Source of the DNA: Pelomyxa schiedti
Taxonomy: Eukaryota; Protista; Evosea
Direction of reading: 5' to 3'
Length of the DNA stretch: 64,000 nt
NCBI GenBank assembly: GCA_020536535.1
Contig: JAHLWZ010000222.1
Span: forward strand, 62,001-126,000
Below, one piece after another: positions 24,549 through 35,710 of this stretch (its first letter is position 1; each line of letters starts with the position of its first letter). Both the position numbers and the translations under genes were made by a program. The notes beneath the pieces were generated by a model, which had not been told where the DNA came from, made no database searches, and was given only the letters and a program-made list of their open reading frames with translations.

Positions 24549-25871
24549 ATGTGGAATCTCATCGAGTATACGGCAGCTGGCTTTGTCGCATTGGCGTTGT
24601 TTGTTCTTGTTTGCCTCTATATGGTGCAAAACCACATCGTGTACGTGCCACAGATGGGATCTACTGTGTTACTTGACCCGGCACGGTATTCCTCATCTTG
24701 TCTTAGCTTCAGTTTTTTTTTTGGCTGTGTTGCACGGCCCACGTGACTTTGAATGGGACAGGTATGGCCTCGCGGAAAAATGGCGTGAGTACTTTTTGAA
24801 GACGAGAGATGGCGTTCGACTTCAGACGTGGCTGTTTGTGCAAAGAAAACAAGCACCCACGTTTATTTTTTTCCATAGTACTCGCCTGTTACTCCTTCGT
24901 TAACTTCCTTCTACAACCGGCTTAGTTGTTTTCAGGTAACGCTGGAAGTATGTGAATCCCTCCCTCCCCCTGTCTCTTCCATTCATTGACTAGAGGGATT
25001 CTTCATTCTTCCAAGATATCACCCATCGCCTGCCCCACATTGCTGGATTTATGTCATATGCGCAAGTCAACGTTTTCATTGTCTCCTACAGAGGGTCTGC
25101 CTCGTGTTCTTTTTGTCCGTTGTGACTCCATTCTCAGATATTGCAAGAGCACAGGTTCACCCTCAGAATCTGGCCTCAAAATTGATGCCGAGGTACACTG
25201 TCAGGATCTTCTTCCCTGTGTGCTTATATTATTATTGATAGACGGCCTATGAATTCCTTTCAACTGCTGATGACTTGATTGACACCTCAAAGATTGTTGT
25301 GTTTGGCAATTCTCTTGGTGGAGCTGTTGCAATTTATCTTGCGTCAAGACCGAATGTATTTTTCCTCACTCATGCGCGACATCTCCATTCTTTCTGTACA
25401 CCGCATTAGCACCCAGATGTCCCGTTACTTAAGCTGAATTTTGCAAGGTTAGAATTAGCTGCTTAATTATTGAAAACACTTTTACATCTGTCCCAGACAT
25501 GGTTCCCGTAATAATGCCATTTATGCGCCCCTTCCGGAACTTCTCTGCTAATAAGGTATGACCCTAGAGCCCATGAATGATACCTTTACCTTTTCAGTGG
25601 TACAGCATTAAGGACATTGCTAAAGTGTCTGTGCCCATTCTGTTTTTGAGCAGTGCTGCCGACGAGATGATTCCTCCCTCACAAATGCAATCTCTCTATG
25701 AAGGTACCGTGATCGTCCCACCAACAAAAAACTAAATAAAACGCTACAGCTGCCACAAGCGCTCCCACAAAGAAGCTAGTTTCATTCCCCAACGGCTTGC
25801 ATATGAATCTCTGTGACCGCAAAGAGTACTACCACGCAATTCAACAATATTTACAAACAATTTTCACCTGA
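24549..25871 (+). CDS. ABHD13: ABHD13/BEM46-family alpha/beta hydrolase
   Basis: N-terminal TM, FHSNAGNITHRL, SYRG|YCKSTGSPSESGLKIDAE, FGNSLGGAVA (nucleophile), IENTFTS, DEMIPP and catalytic His in NGLH. Confidence 0.9.
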
Positions 25872-26010
25872 TACATAAATTCTAAAAAAAAATGCTTGGA
25901 TATCCGAGCACAACAGTTGTCCCTTTTTTTTTTTTGATGAGCTACAACCAAAAATTTGAACGTTCGAAGGTATGTTTTAGAAGAATAATCACTAACAAAC
26001 TTCAAAAAAA

Positions 26011-29000
26011 TCAGGCAAGAGAGCGATAGAGTTCCTGTTATTTTGCAGTTGGTGGAAACGTGTGAGAGAATGAGGAATACAAACCCGAATTTGAGAGTCG
26101 TACTTGTCATAAATTGCTGTTCGTTTCAGCTTCATTGATGGAGTTGTGAGGCCGGTCTCGGGTGCCCATTTGTCAGTGATCATAAGTATAGCATTAGGTA
26201 TTTCGTACTTGACCAACTGTGTTAAGAATGAAGTTGGTGACAACAGGGAGAGGTGTTTTTGCGCCTACCCTTGCCTTCTGAGATGAGGATTGGATGGATT
26301 CGAGTACAGCTTGCCTTACTTTGGGATCTTTGCAGGCGGCTTGGTACTCTTTTGGGTTCTTGTTCTCGTTATTCTGGAGTGAGAAAGAGTAAAGAAATAC
26401 CTCCATGTTGCCGGGGTGAATTTCAGAAATAGCCTCCTTGTTTGGTATAACGAGAGCAATTGGGAGGCTTTGATTGCTGTCCACGTGAGCACAAACCTTT
26501 GTTTTAGCGTGAGTGAAGGACAAAGTGGTTTCGACATACCATGTCAACAAATCTACTTAGACAATATGCACTCTCTACTTTTTCCAAACTACACATTTTC
26601 TACTAAGGGGGAGAAGTAGTTATAGGGAACTTACGCAACATATTCACCATTGTGTAACTTGGCTATATTTTTACGTCTGTCGATGAGTTCTTGGGGAATC
26701 AGCTTGAAGAAAAGAAATAAGTGGGATTACCAAGTGAACCATCCCAGTGCCACTGTTTGGAAAAGAATATATTTGAGTGTGGGTACAAAGAAGTGAAGAG
26801 AAAAACGTACTGTTCCAATGTCCCTTTAATGTGTTAGTTTTATTTATGTGAGTTGCTAAAGGATACCCTGTGTGGAACCACCCATCACTATCAAATGACT
26901 GCTTTCTGTGGGTTCATTAAATTAGAGGAGCAAACTTATGAAACAACGTGAGTTCATCTTGCTTGAAATATCCAGCAGCAATATTTTTACCACGCACCAG
27001 GATCTCCCCTCGTGCGCGGGGCCAATCAGAAGAAGAGTAACCAAGTTCCGGTACATCAATAAGTTTGACCTCTGGTGGGCATATAAATTTAAAAAACGAA
27101 GTAAAAAAACCTGTACCACAACAACAGCTTGGGGGACCACAGCGACAAACACTCGTGTTTGCTGGAAGTTGGAATGAGACAACAGCTGCTGTTTCAGTAA
27201 TACCTAAAGTAGAATTAAGGACTTTCTGGGGATTCAAAGCACATACCATAAGCTTGAATAAAAACTGGACAAAGAGTTGAGCGAAGAAATTTCTGAGTGA
27301 CAGCTGCCAATGGAGCCCCTCCCCTATTCCAAGATTGGTGCAGGGGAAAAAGAAGCTTTACTTACGACAAAATTACGCGCAGTCTTCCACCGGCAATGGC
27401 GTGGAATTTGTGAAATACTGCCTGTACGGTGTCGTTATCAACGTGCAGGATAGGCTTGTGCAAACCTTATCTAACACATAATTTATCACTTTACCAATAA
27501 AAGTGTGCCTCAGTCGGCCTATCCAAGATCAAAAAAGGAAAACATAAAGAACTCAAAAATACCACTGAAACGTTTCCTTATCCATAAAGAAAGTTTGAAC
27601 ACCTTTGCAGTACTTAATAACGATACCCATACTACCAGTTTAATACCACTCGAGTTGCGCGGGGTTGCTTTGATACTCGGCTAATAATAACTTTCCGTAA
27701 ACGTTCCCACACTGCCGGAACACCAATCATGATAGTCGGTCTAAGGGCGGGTATATCTCCACTGCACTCATAGCAGAATTGTCCCGTTAGGGTTCGTGCA
27801 CTCTAAAAAAATATGAGGCCCACAAAACCAAAAATTCAGTTGTACACACAGAGTATCCCCATTTAGCCCCAAGCCTAAATAGTGGGCACATTAATGTGAG
27901 GAAAAACCACAACAAAGAAAAGTTACCAGAAAAATGCGTATTCCGTGTTATTTTCTATCACATGAGCCATAGGTAGATAGGCAATAAACGTGTCATCCCC
28001 ATTAATTCCTGTGGAGTGCATGCCACCAGTGATACCAGTTAACATGCTCCTATGGGTAACAAGCACACCCTTTTGTGTTGCAATATTTAGGAAGAAGTAA
28101 AAATAAAAAGAGTAAAAAACCTTTGGCGTTCCTGTTGAGCCACTTGTATAAATAATAAATGCGAGAGTTGAAGGAGAAGGCGCACAGTGAATGGGAGGTG
28201 GACGATCAACGGACAAAATTGCCGGAATGGTGTGGACAGAGACACCACATTGCTGAAGGGCTTGCACTACGTCTGCTGGAGGATCACTGTCTTTGCAAAT
28301 GACATGAGTCAGCATAGGGCAGCAAGAAGCAACTTTTGGTAGGTGCTACAAGGTTGTTCGCGAAGGCAAAATAAGAACATGGATTTAGTGACCGAGGGGA
28401 AGACTTACAACTATCGTTTCATTACTGCAAAGTAAGATGGGGAGATTGGCTTCTTGTATGGCATGGCATGTTCCCTCAAAGCCTAAGTGAAACTCTTAGT
28501 TGTGAATGATGCAGCCCTAATTACTGTGGTCTTACATACCTATTGTGGTGTAGATGGTGACAGGTGTAGCAGAGAGGGTGTGGCATGCAGAGCTCAGCTG
28601 AAGCCATGCGGGGCAGGTCTCACAGAAGAAGCCAATCACATCTCCCTACAAGTGGAAGAGGCAAATTGTAAACTAAACTGACTTGGCATAAGATGAACAA
28701 CACACCTGTTTGGTTTTTAAATCTTGTTGCAGAAATGCGGCTAACTGATTGATCGTTTTCCCAACTTCAGCATACGTGACCCACGTGTACGGCCCAAGCT
28801 TGTAGTAGTTTACTGGTTTTTCAACGCCATCGATCTGAAAAAGGAAATTAGCATCGAAGCAATGACAAATGATAGACCATTTCAATTTTGGTTTGAATGC
28901 CCAATATATCTCTGGTTCCCATGCAATCTCTTGTTGCATATTTCTTTACGCTGGACCTGTTCTTGAAGGTTAATTTGTTCCCTAAGGGTGAGTTGCTTGA

Positions 29001-29336
29001 TACCAAACAATGTCATAGAGAGTAGTTACAGTTGGTTCTGGTATGAAGCAAGCCACTGGGTCTGTATGGCGAATAGGGAGTTTTCTTGACAGCCTCATTA
29101 CCCTTCCTGCACAAACAACAGGAGAAGGGAAAAAAAAAAAAAAAAAAAAAAAACCGTGTCAACGCAAAATAAAGCATAGTATGCAACTCGCCTTCGCCTT
29201 TAACAGGAGGAATAGATGGATCTCGCGTAGCGAATCTGCGGTACCACCTCACCCATACCGTGTAGTACAGAGCGAGGTACATCACGTAGATCGCAAACAG
29301 CACAACACCGGAGCAAAACATCACGTAGGCCGACAT
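26011..29336 (-). CDS. Long-chain fatty acyl-CoA synthetase (ACSL/Faa type)
   Basis: IIYTSGSTGTPKG, AYLPMAHVIE, YGITET, RGEILVRG, GWFHTGDIG, IDRRKNIAKLHNGEYVA and GLTTPSMKLKR, with an N-terminal TM. Confidence 0.93.
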
Positions 29337-29557
29337 CCCAGATCCGCTTGTTAAAGAATTAAACAACAAAACTGATTTTCAGGCTCGGCGTGTGACATTC
29401 ATTGAATTTCTCTTTTGGTCAAAAACAGTGAACTGTGTCATTCGTATTTTTTTTCTAACAACTCAGAGCGATGAGTATTGCCCAGAGGCGGAAGAACACC
29501 CGCTAAAAAAAACAAACCCTCAGAAACTGAGGAAAACGGCTTTTTTTTTTCTCCTTT

Positions 29558-32500
29558 TCAGCACAAGATGTGACTGTTCAGAATAAAACCTTCAGCAGAC
29601 TGGGTCACGTATTCCAGTGCTGGGGCATCAACCTTGGACTCAAGCCAAACCTTAGTTTTGTCCACTATCAATTTCCACTCTGGTAGCCACTGGGAAAACA
29701 CCTTCCTGAGAAGAACTACGCACACAGAGGTAGCCCAGATAGAGGAATCCTCAGTGATGGAACTCCCCAGATTAAATGTGGCCTGGTTGGTATTCCAGCA
29801 AGTCAGAAGTTCCTCAGATAACGACCAGGACCCGTCGATGTTCACTAGCAGCATCAGTTGTTCAAACTTGGCTCTTAAGTTTACAATTGCTTTGCTTGGC
29901 ATACTTGCTGGTGGTGAGATTGTTGGTGTTGGAACATCATATGCAGGCATGGCCGTAAACATGGGATCGATTTGGCACGTGTCAATGTCCTGCTTGGTGG
30001 AATGTATAAGTTCGGGCGGGGGTACAGAATTTTCCACGTGAGTCCAGTCAACACCATGAAAGAACTCATGTGCTTTGATTTCAGAGAGAGATGGCCTGGA
30101 TGCCGGATTTTTTTCCATAAGGGCCGTAAGTAAAGTCTGAGCACGCGTATCAAGTGAAGGGGGAAACGCGAGAGGCTGCTGAAGAATGCTGGCATACATT
30201 TTTGTTACGTCATCAGAATAAAAGGGAGGCTAGAAAAGGTGAATATTTGGAAACGCTGATGGATGCAAACAAGTCCTGTGAGGAGTTCGTATATAATCGA
30301 GCCGAAAGTATAAAAATCGACTTGCTGGTTATCTGCTGTCGTGAATGATGTAGGGCTAATTTTCAGATGGCCTGCGAAAAGTATTGAGAGGAATCGCTGG
30401 TGATAAGGAGTGTTACCGCTAGGAGAGACAGATATGGAATCCGTGTCGAGTTTGCCTACGGAGTAGTGATGGGAGTGCAGGTACTCTATAGCAGAAAGAA
30501 GCTCCATCCCAACGAATCTAGCTGGACTGTGTATCAGTGAATGCATAAAGACATTATTGGTGCACCTGCATTCACTGAAAGCACCTTGTTGGCGGCCAGG
30601 AGGTAAAACAATGAACAATAAGTTTTTGTACTTTCAAAAACGAGATGTACTTTGGAGTTCCCCTTTGTTGAATGAGGCTCATACATGAAAAATGAGTACC
30701 TCACTGGAGTCAATTAACCTCTGTATACACGGGTGATTGAGGCGCTTTAGTTGATCAGGAGAAAGAAGAGTCCCGTGTTGTACGCTTCCTGATAGCATCT
30801 CAGGGGCTGTTACCAGTTGAGCACACTCAAAAGATTAGGGAACCCACCAAGGTATTCTGGTGTTCCACAAAATGTGTTTGTAGAGGAAGTTCCACTTGTG
30901 CGGACAACAAGGGTAGCTTCCCCCCCCGTTTTTCTGTCTCGCACTTCTAAAACCTTATAGAAAGTAAATAATGGCTGAGGAAAGAAAGTCCAACTTTTCC
31001 AAAAGACCCACGCCCCAGTACTTTAAGAAGATCATAACCATCAGCAATACTGTTTGTAGTGGAAGAACTTTGAGTGAAAGACGGATCTACATTGCTTACA
31101 TCACAGTAGGAAGTTGTTGTTATTCCTAGCACAACGGTTAGTGTATGTGTACAAAAAAGAGGCTCACCAGTAGTTGGAACGTAGGTAAAGCCTTGAAAAA
31201 GATCTGGCGCAGAACTGACACTCGAAGATTGGCCAGAGTTGTAAGTGAACCCAGAAAAGTCGTACTGTGCGTTATCTCGTAAAGCCATGGATTTGTGCAC
31301 TTGTACCCCAGGTGTTTTATCACAGATAACAAATGAGGTGAACCTGCTTGATAGGCCATATCTTGTTTTGGTGTAAGCCATTTAGTTTGCTTCGGTGTGA
31401 CGATTGTTATGTCTATGTAAGAATAAAAGGGTAACTTTAGAGCCAGTCTTAAGATTTCTTCTTTGTGACTATCACCATAGGGAAAGTCCTTTATAATACT
31501 GGCAGCAGCGAGCTGATGTATCAGAACTCCACACCATGTTTCAGTTTTTGAGGAACTTTTTGTGGTGTTGGATTTGATATGGAGATGAAAATTTTCTACT
31601 TGATGGTTACTCTTTTTGTTGTTGGACTTGTGCAGTTGATATTAACATGAAGGGAGGTAGCATCACAACGTGGAGCAAGGCCAAAGACTAAAAAGGTAAG
31701 AAGCACCAGGGAGACAGGGAAAGAGTACCAATGAAGGTTTCCTCGTTGAAAATAGGTGGTAGAATTGAAGGTGAAATCTGAAGTTTGGGGATATTACAGT
31801 CAAGTGTTACACCTAAAAAGGAAGGCTTGCTGAGGTTTGTGGAACTGGTAAGAAACAAATTCTTACCTCTTTTGATCTGGACAGTTGTTGCATTACAGCT
31901 TGGGGGATATCTTCGTTCTCTATGACATGGACAGGATTGCCATTAGTAATCGAGGCTAAACCTTTTCTAGTGTTATAAATGCTTTTGTTCTGGATAATCA
32001 TGGTAAATCAAGTACTGTTGACCAGGTCCAAGCCAGATTGGGAGCCAATACCAAAAGAGAAAATCCTACAAAAACCTAGGATATTACAGTTAGTTTTCGC
32101 CCTGTGCTAGAATAGTACTTACCAGATCTGGATGTAATAAAGTTTTTGACTTCATCTTCATTTTCAATTTCACCATCGGTCTTATTGTTATCTTTCAGGA
32201 AGTAAAGGAAAGAAAATGGAATGTACCATGACAAAGAGTTGAAGAGCACTCTTCAGATGAGACTTGTGTGTTAAAGCTTCCTTGAGAGGAGAAAAAATGT
32301 TGGTCCCTCCATAGTTGCTAGACAACTCGCCAACAAAGCAGTCAGCTTGCTTGAAACTTACAAAAAAAAAAGGGAAGGATTAAATAAATTGGGAGAATAA
32401 AGTTCAATACTTTTCTGGAGTATATGGGACACTGGAGGGGAACAGTTTCTTAAAATTAGTTCCAAAGGCTATTACTATAGGGAATAAGATTCACACTCGA

Positions 32501-33673
32501 CCCTTCTCTGTCATACAATTGAAGTAGGAATTGACGGGGAGACCTCTCAGGCACAGTTTCAACGCTAGTTTCGCTCTTTCAATTCTTTTTTTCATGATAT
32601 TAGGAACAAGGACATAAATTTACTTGAGAGTAAACAAAGCCATAGATAATATAGTACTACCTCATCCCAGCCATAGAGCCACTACAATCAACAATGAAAA
32701 TAAATTCAAGGGGTAATACTGAAGTATTTTCAATTTGTGGATCATAGCTCAGCAATAATGCCATCTCATCATCACTTTCAGATGTTTCCAAAGCAAAAGA
32801 TGCCACATTACGAAGAGTTGGTGTTTCCCTCACTTCTACACAGAAAGGGAAACCCCCAAAGCCTTCCTGGCTAGTAAAAAGCAGGCTACTTGGAGTGCAA
32901 TCTGCTTTATGCGAGGGTGACAATATTCCTTCAATTACTCGGCCATGTGGTTCAACAGAAACCTTAAGTATTACACATCTTGCACCAGGAACAAGTGTTT
33001 CGAAATTAGAAAACTGTTGAAGATCTCGGCCAATATCCAAAACACTGGGGATTGTGGCCAACTTTTCAGCAGAACCCAAAACCAAACCAGCAGTAAACGG
33101 AAATGAAAGTGTTGCCACGTTCCTGTGCACACTCAAACGCGTAATGTATTCGACCATGATCGTGCACCACTCCAGTGGTGCCAAGTTTCCCACAGAAACT
33201 TGCACACTTCCCTTTTCATCTTGAACTAAAAGGTTCATCGTCAACAAATTAAAAGAGGCCAACGACCCAGGCTAACAAAAGAATTTGGGAAGAAGGAAAA
33301 AAAAGAAAAAGAAAAAGAAAAAAAAGGGGGGGGGGGGGGGGGGGGGAAAAAAACCTTGGTCAGCCAAAAAGGCTGTTTGTGACTGTGCAATTGCGTCATC
33401 GTACGCCGAAAACGCGGCGTCCTTGGCGCGCACGGACCCGACGAGCCTCTTGCGCCCCGCGACGTTCGCCTCGAAGCCGCAAACCGTCGCGTCGGGGCCG
33501 AGCCGGAGCGAGATAGACGACTCGAGGGGCGACGCGCCGACGTTGGCGAGGGCCAGCGCAACGCGAACCGACGCGCAGCGGCACCAAACGACGCGGGCGT
33601 GAACCACCGCGCAAAGCAACTGCAGATCCGACGACGCGTCACCTCCCGTTCCCAACGTCCCTCTCACGTCCAT
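29558..33673 (-). CDS. VIT-vWA (vWA5A-like) protein with inserted, rearranged AGC-type pseudokinase
   Basis: VIT: ATVCGFEA..AYDDAI..VSVGNLAP. vWA MIDAS: FIVDCSGSM, GGTNI, TDGEI, IFSFGIG, then YGLSSRFTSFV. Kinase: LLKVLGRGSFGKV..PPFYS..HEFFHGVDW. vWA5A C-terminus: DGSW..IWATS..EWKLIVDK..WL. Confidence 0.85.
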
Positions 33674-33829
33674 TGCTTGTCAACAACGGTTCGCTACGGC
33701 GTCGGTTTTTTTTTTCTCTTTTTTTGTTTTTTGTGGAAGTGTGGGATCTTCAGGTTTCGCTCATTCACTTGTTTCGTCTCTTTGGTGTTGCGAGATTGGA
33801 CGATTAAGTGCAACAAATTGACGGGAGTG

Positions 33830-35433
33830 ATGACGGACGAGAGCATCGTTTTGTGTGACGTGTGTCGTGCCGGCGCGGCTGTTCTCGTTTTAAGGGTTTG
33901 TGTATCTTTTCTGTTGGCTGGGTTTGTTTTCAAATGGGATTGTGGGTTGCGATAATTACACCAACACTAGGAGAGAAGAGCAAAAGAGGCTATCATTGAT
34001 GAACTTAAAGTACTTTTTTTTTATCTTTGTGATTTTCCTCCTGGTCTAATGGGTTTTTCTTCCTGTGTAGAGCAAAGTGGACTCACTGGAGTATAGTAAT
34101 AAATTGCTGCTTGGGAAAGTTAACCAACTAGTGGAAATGCTGAAGAAGGAACGTGCTGATGCCCAGACAGCTGCTGCAACAAGCAGTAATTTACTCTTGT
34201 ATTTCTTAGTATTATGATTAGTATACTCTCTGTTTCAGCTCCTCTCCACCGATTTTCTTCCCCTACCGCTATTTAACTTTTAGCAGTGGCTCGCCAGATG
34301 GAAATGAAGGCAAGAATGGAAGGGTGCACAAAGGAGGCAAATCTTCTTACCGACAAAATAATAATACTTGAATCGGAGAAGGAATCCCTCCACGGCCAAC
34401 TAGACACAATGAAGGAGCAAGTATGATTGGCTCACTTTATTTCTAAAACCTAACGTCTGCACTTTTTCTTAGCTTGGCGCAATGCAAAAAAGGGTGCAAG
34501 AAAACTCCACATCCTTACTGCAACAGCTTCAAGATGAAAAGAAGTTGCGGATGTCATTGGAAAAGACTTCCGCCACAACAACAAATTCCGTGCAGTGTGA
34601 AAAGGAACTGCGCTTGGCTGCACAAAGAGAAGTGGGCGAATTAAAAACTCGAATAGAACAACTGCAGCAACAGAACTCAAAACGAGACTCCATCATTGAA
34701 AAAATAGTTTCAGGGGAGAAGACACGACGGGCAGAACAGCAAGCGATTCAAGATAAAGTCACCTCCTTGGAAGCAGAACTGTGAGCTTTCTCCTTAAACT
34801 CGACTTGCATATTTTTTACTCACCATCCTCAACAGAAATGATAAAAATCTGACTATAGCACACCTTGAGGGTAGACTAAGTATCGCCGAAGGACTGCTGA
34901 ATGCCAGTGGGTCGGCAATGCAGCGCAAATCCAAGTCACTTCATATGCCAAAATCAAAACAACAACAACAACAAGATGAACCTCTCCCACCAATTGACAA
35001 TCTTCACCTCCAAACCCCAAGCGCCGGAGATGAAGCTTGGCACTCAACCAACAACCCAAACCAACATTCCACAATCCCTGGCGAACAAGCAAAGGTCAGT
35101 ATAACACACCTCTAAACTTAATTTCTACTATGACTTTAACCCTCTTCTTGGCTCTACTTCTCACCATTTCTTACATTCAGGTCACTGTCAGAGTGACACA
35201 AGACTTCACAGCTACATCCGAGGGTGAGATGTCATGTCTCGCTGGTGACATTCTTTTTGCTGAGGTAGAACAACCTTTTTCTCTATTCCCTTGGAATATT
35301 AACCAATACACAAAAAACCAAACGACTTCAGCCCTTCACTGAAGAAGAGGTCTGGGTACTGGCTAGAGGAGGACAAGCCTTTGGGATGGTACCTAGTGCT
35401 GTGTTGGAGATTCTATCTCTGGGTGATGATTGA
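33830..35433 (+). CDS. Coiled-coil protein with C-terminal SH3 domain
   Basis: Long heptad exons. Last exons give VRVTQDFTATSEGEMSCLAGDILFAE|PFTEEEVWVLARGGQAFGMVPSAVLE. N-terminal CxxC; the start is approximate. Confidence 0.7.
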
Positions 35434-35710
35434 TTGAGCTGATTGTTTTACTGTTTGGGATTGATTATTGTTGTAAAATTCTAAAGTTTATTGGTTGTCT
35501 ACATCTGGCCATAGTTACTGTGGGGAAAGGGGTTTGCTTTCAAAGCCCAATGCCTCCTTTTCCCTTGTGCACAATGCACCTTAGTGGTTCCATTGTACCT
35601 TGCTCCGCGGAACCTGTGAGAAGTAGAGCCAAGAAGAGGGTTAAAGTCATAGTAGAAATTAAGTTTAGAGGTGTGTTATACTGACCTTTGCTTGTTCGCC
35701 AGGGATTGTG
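35070..35710. repeat. Perfect 95-bp inverted duplication (35070-35164 / 35616-35710)
   Basis: Base-by-base comparison: cacaatccctggcgaacaagcaaaggtcagt...ggctctacttctcac on + equals the reverse complement of 35616-35710. Confidence 0.95.

Noticed and set aside
33295-33355. Long poly-A/poly-G run as a G-quadruplex element or poly-Lys/Gly ORF
   Set aside because: It lies in the first intron of the VIT-vWA gene. Homopolymer tracts are common in first introns and UTRs here and their lengths are error-prone.
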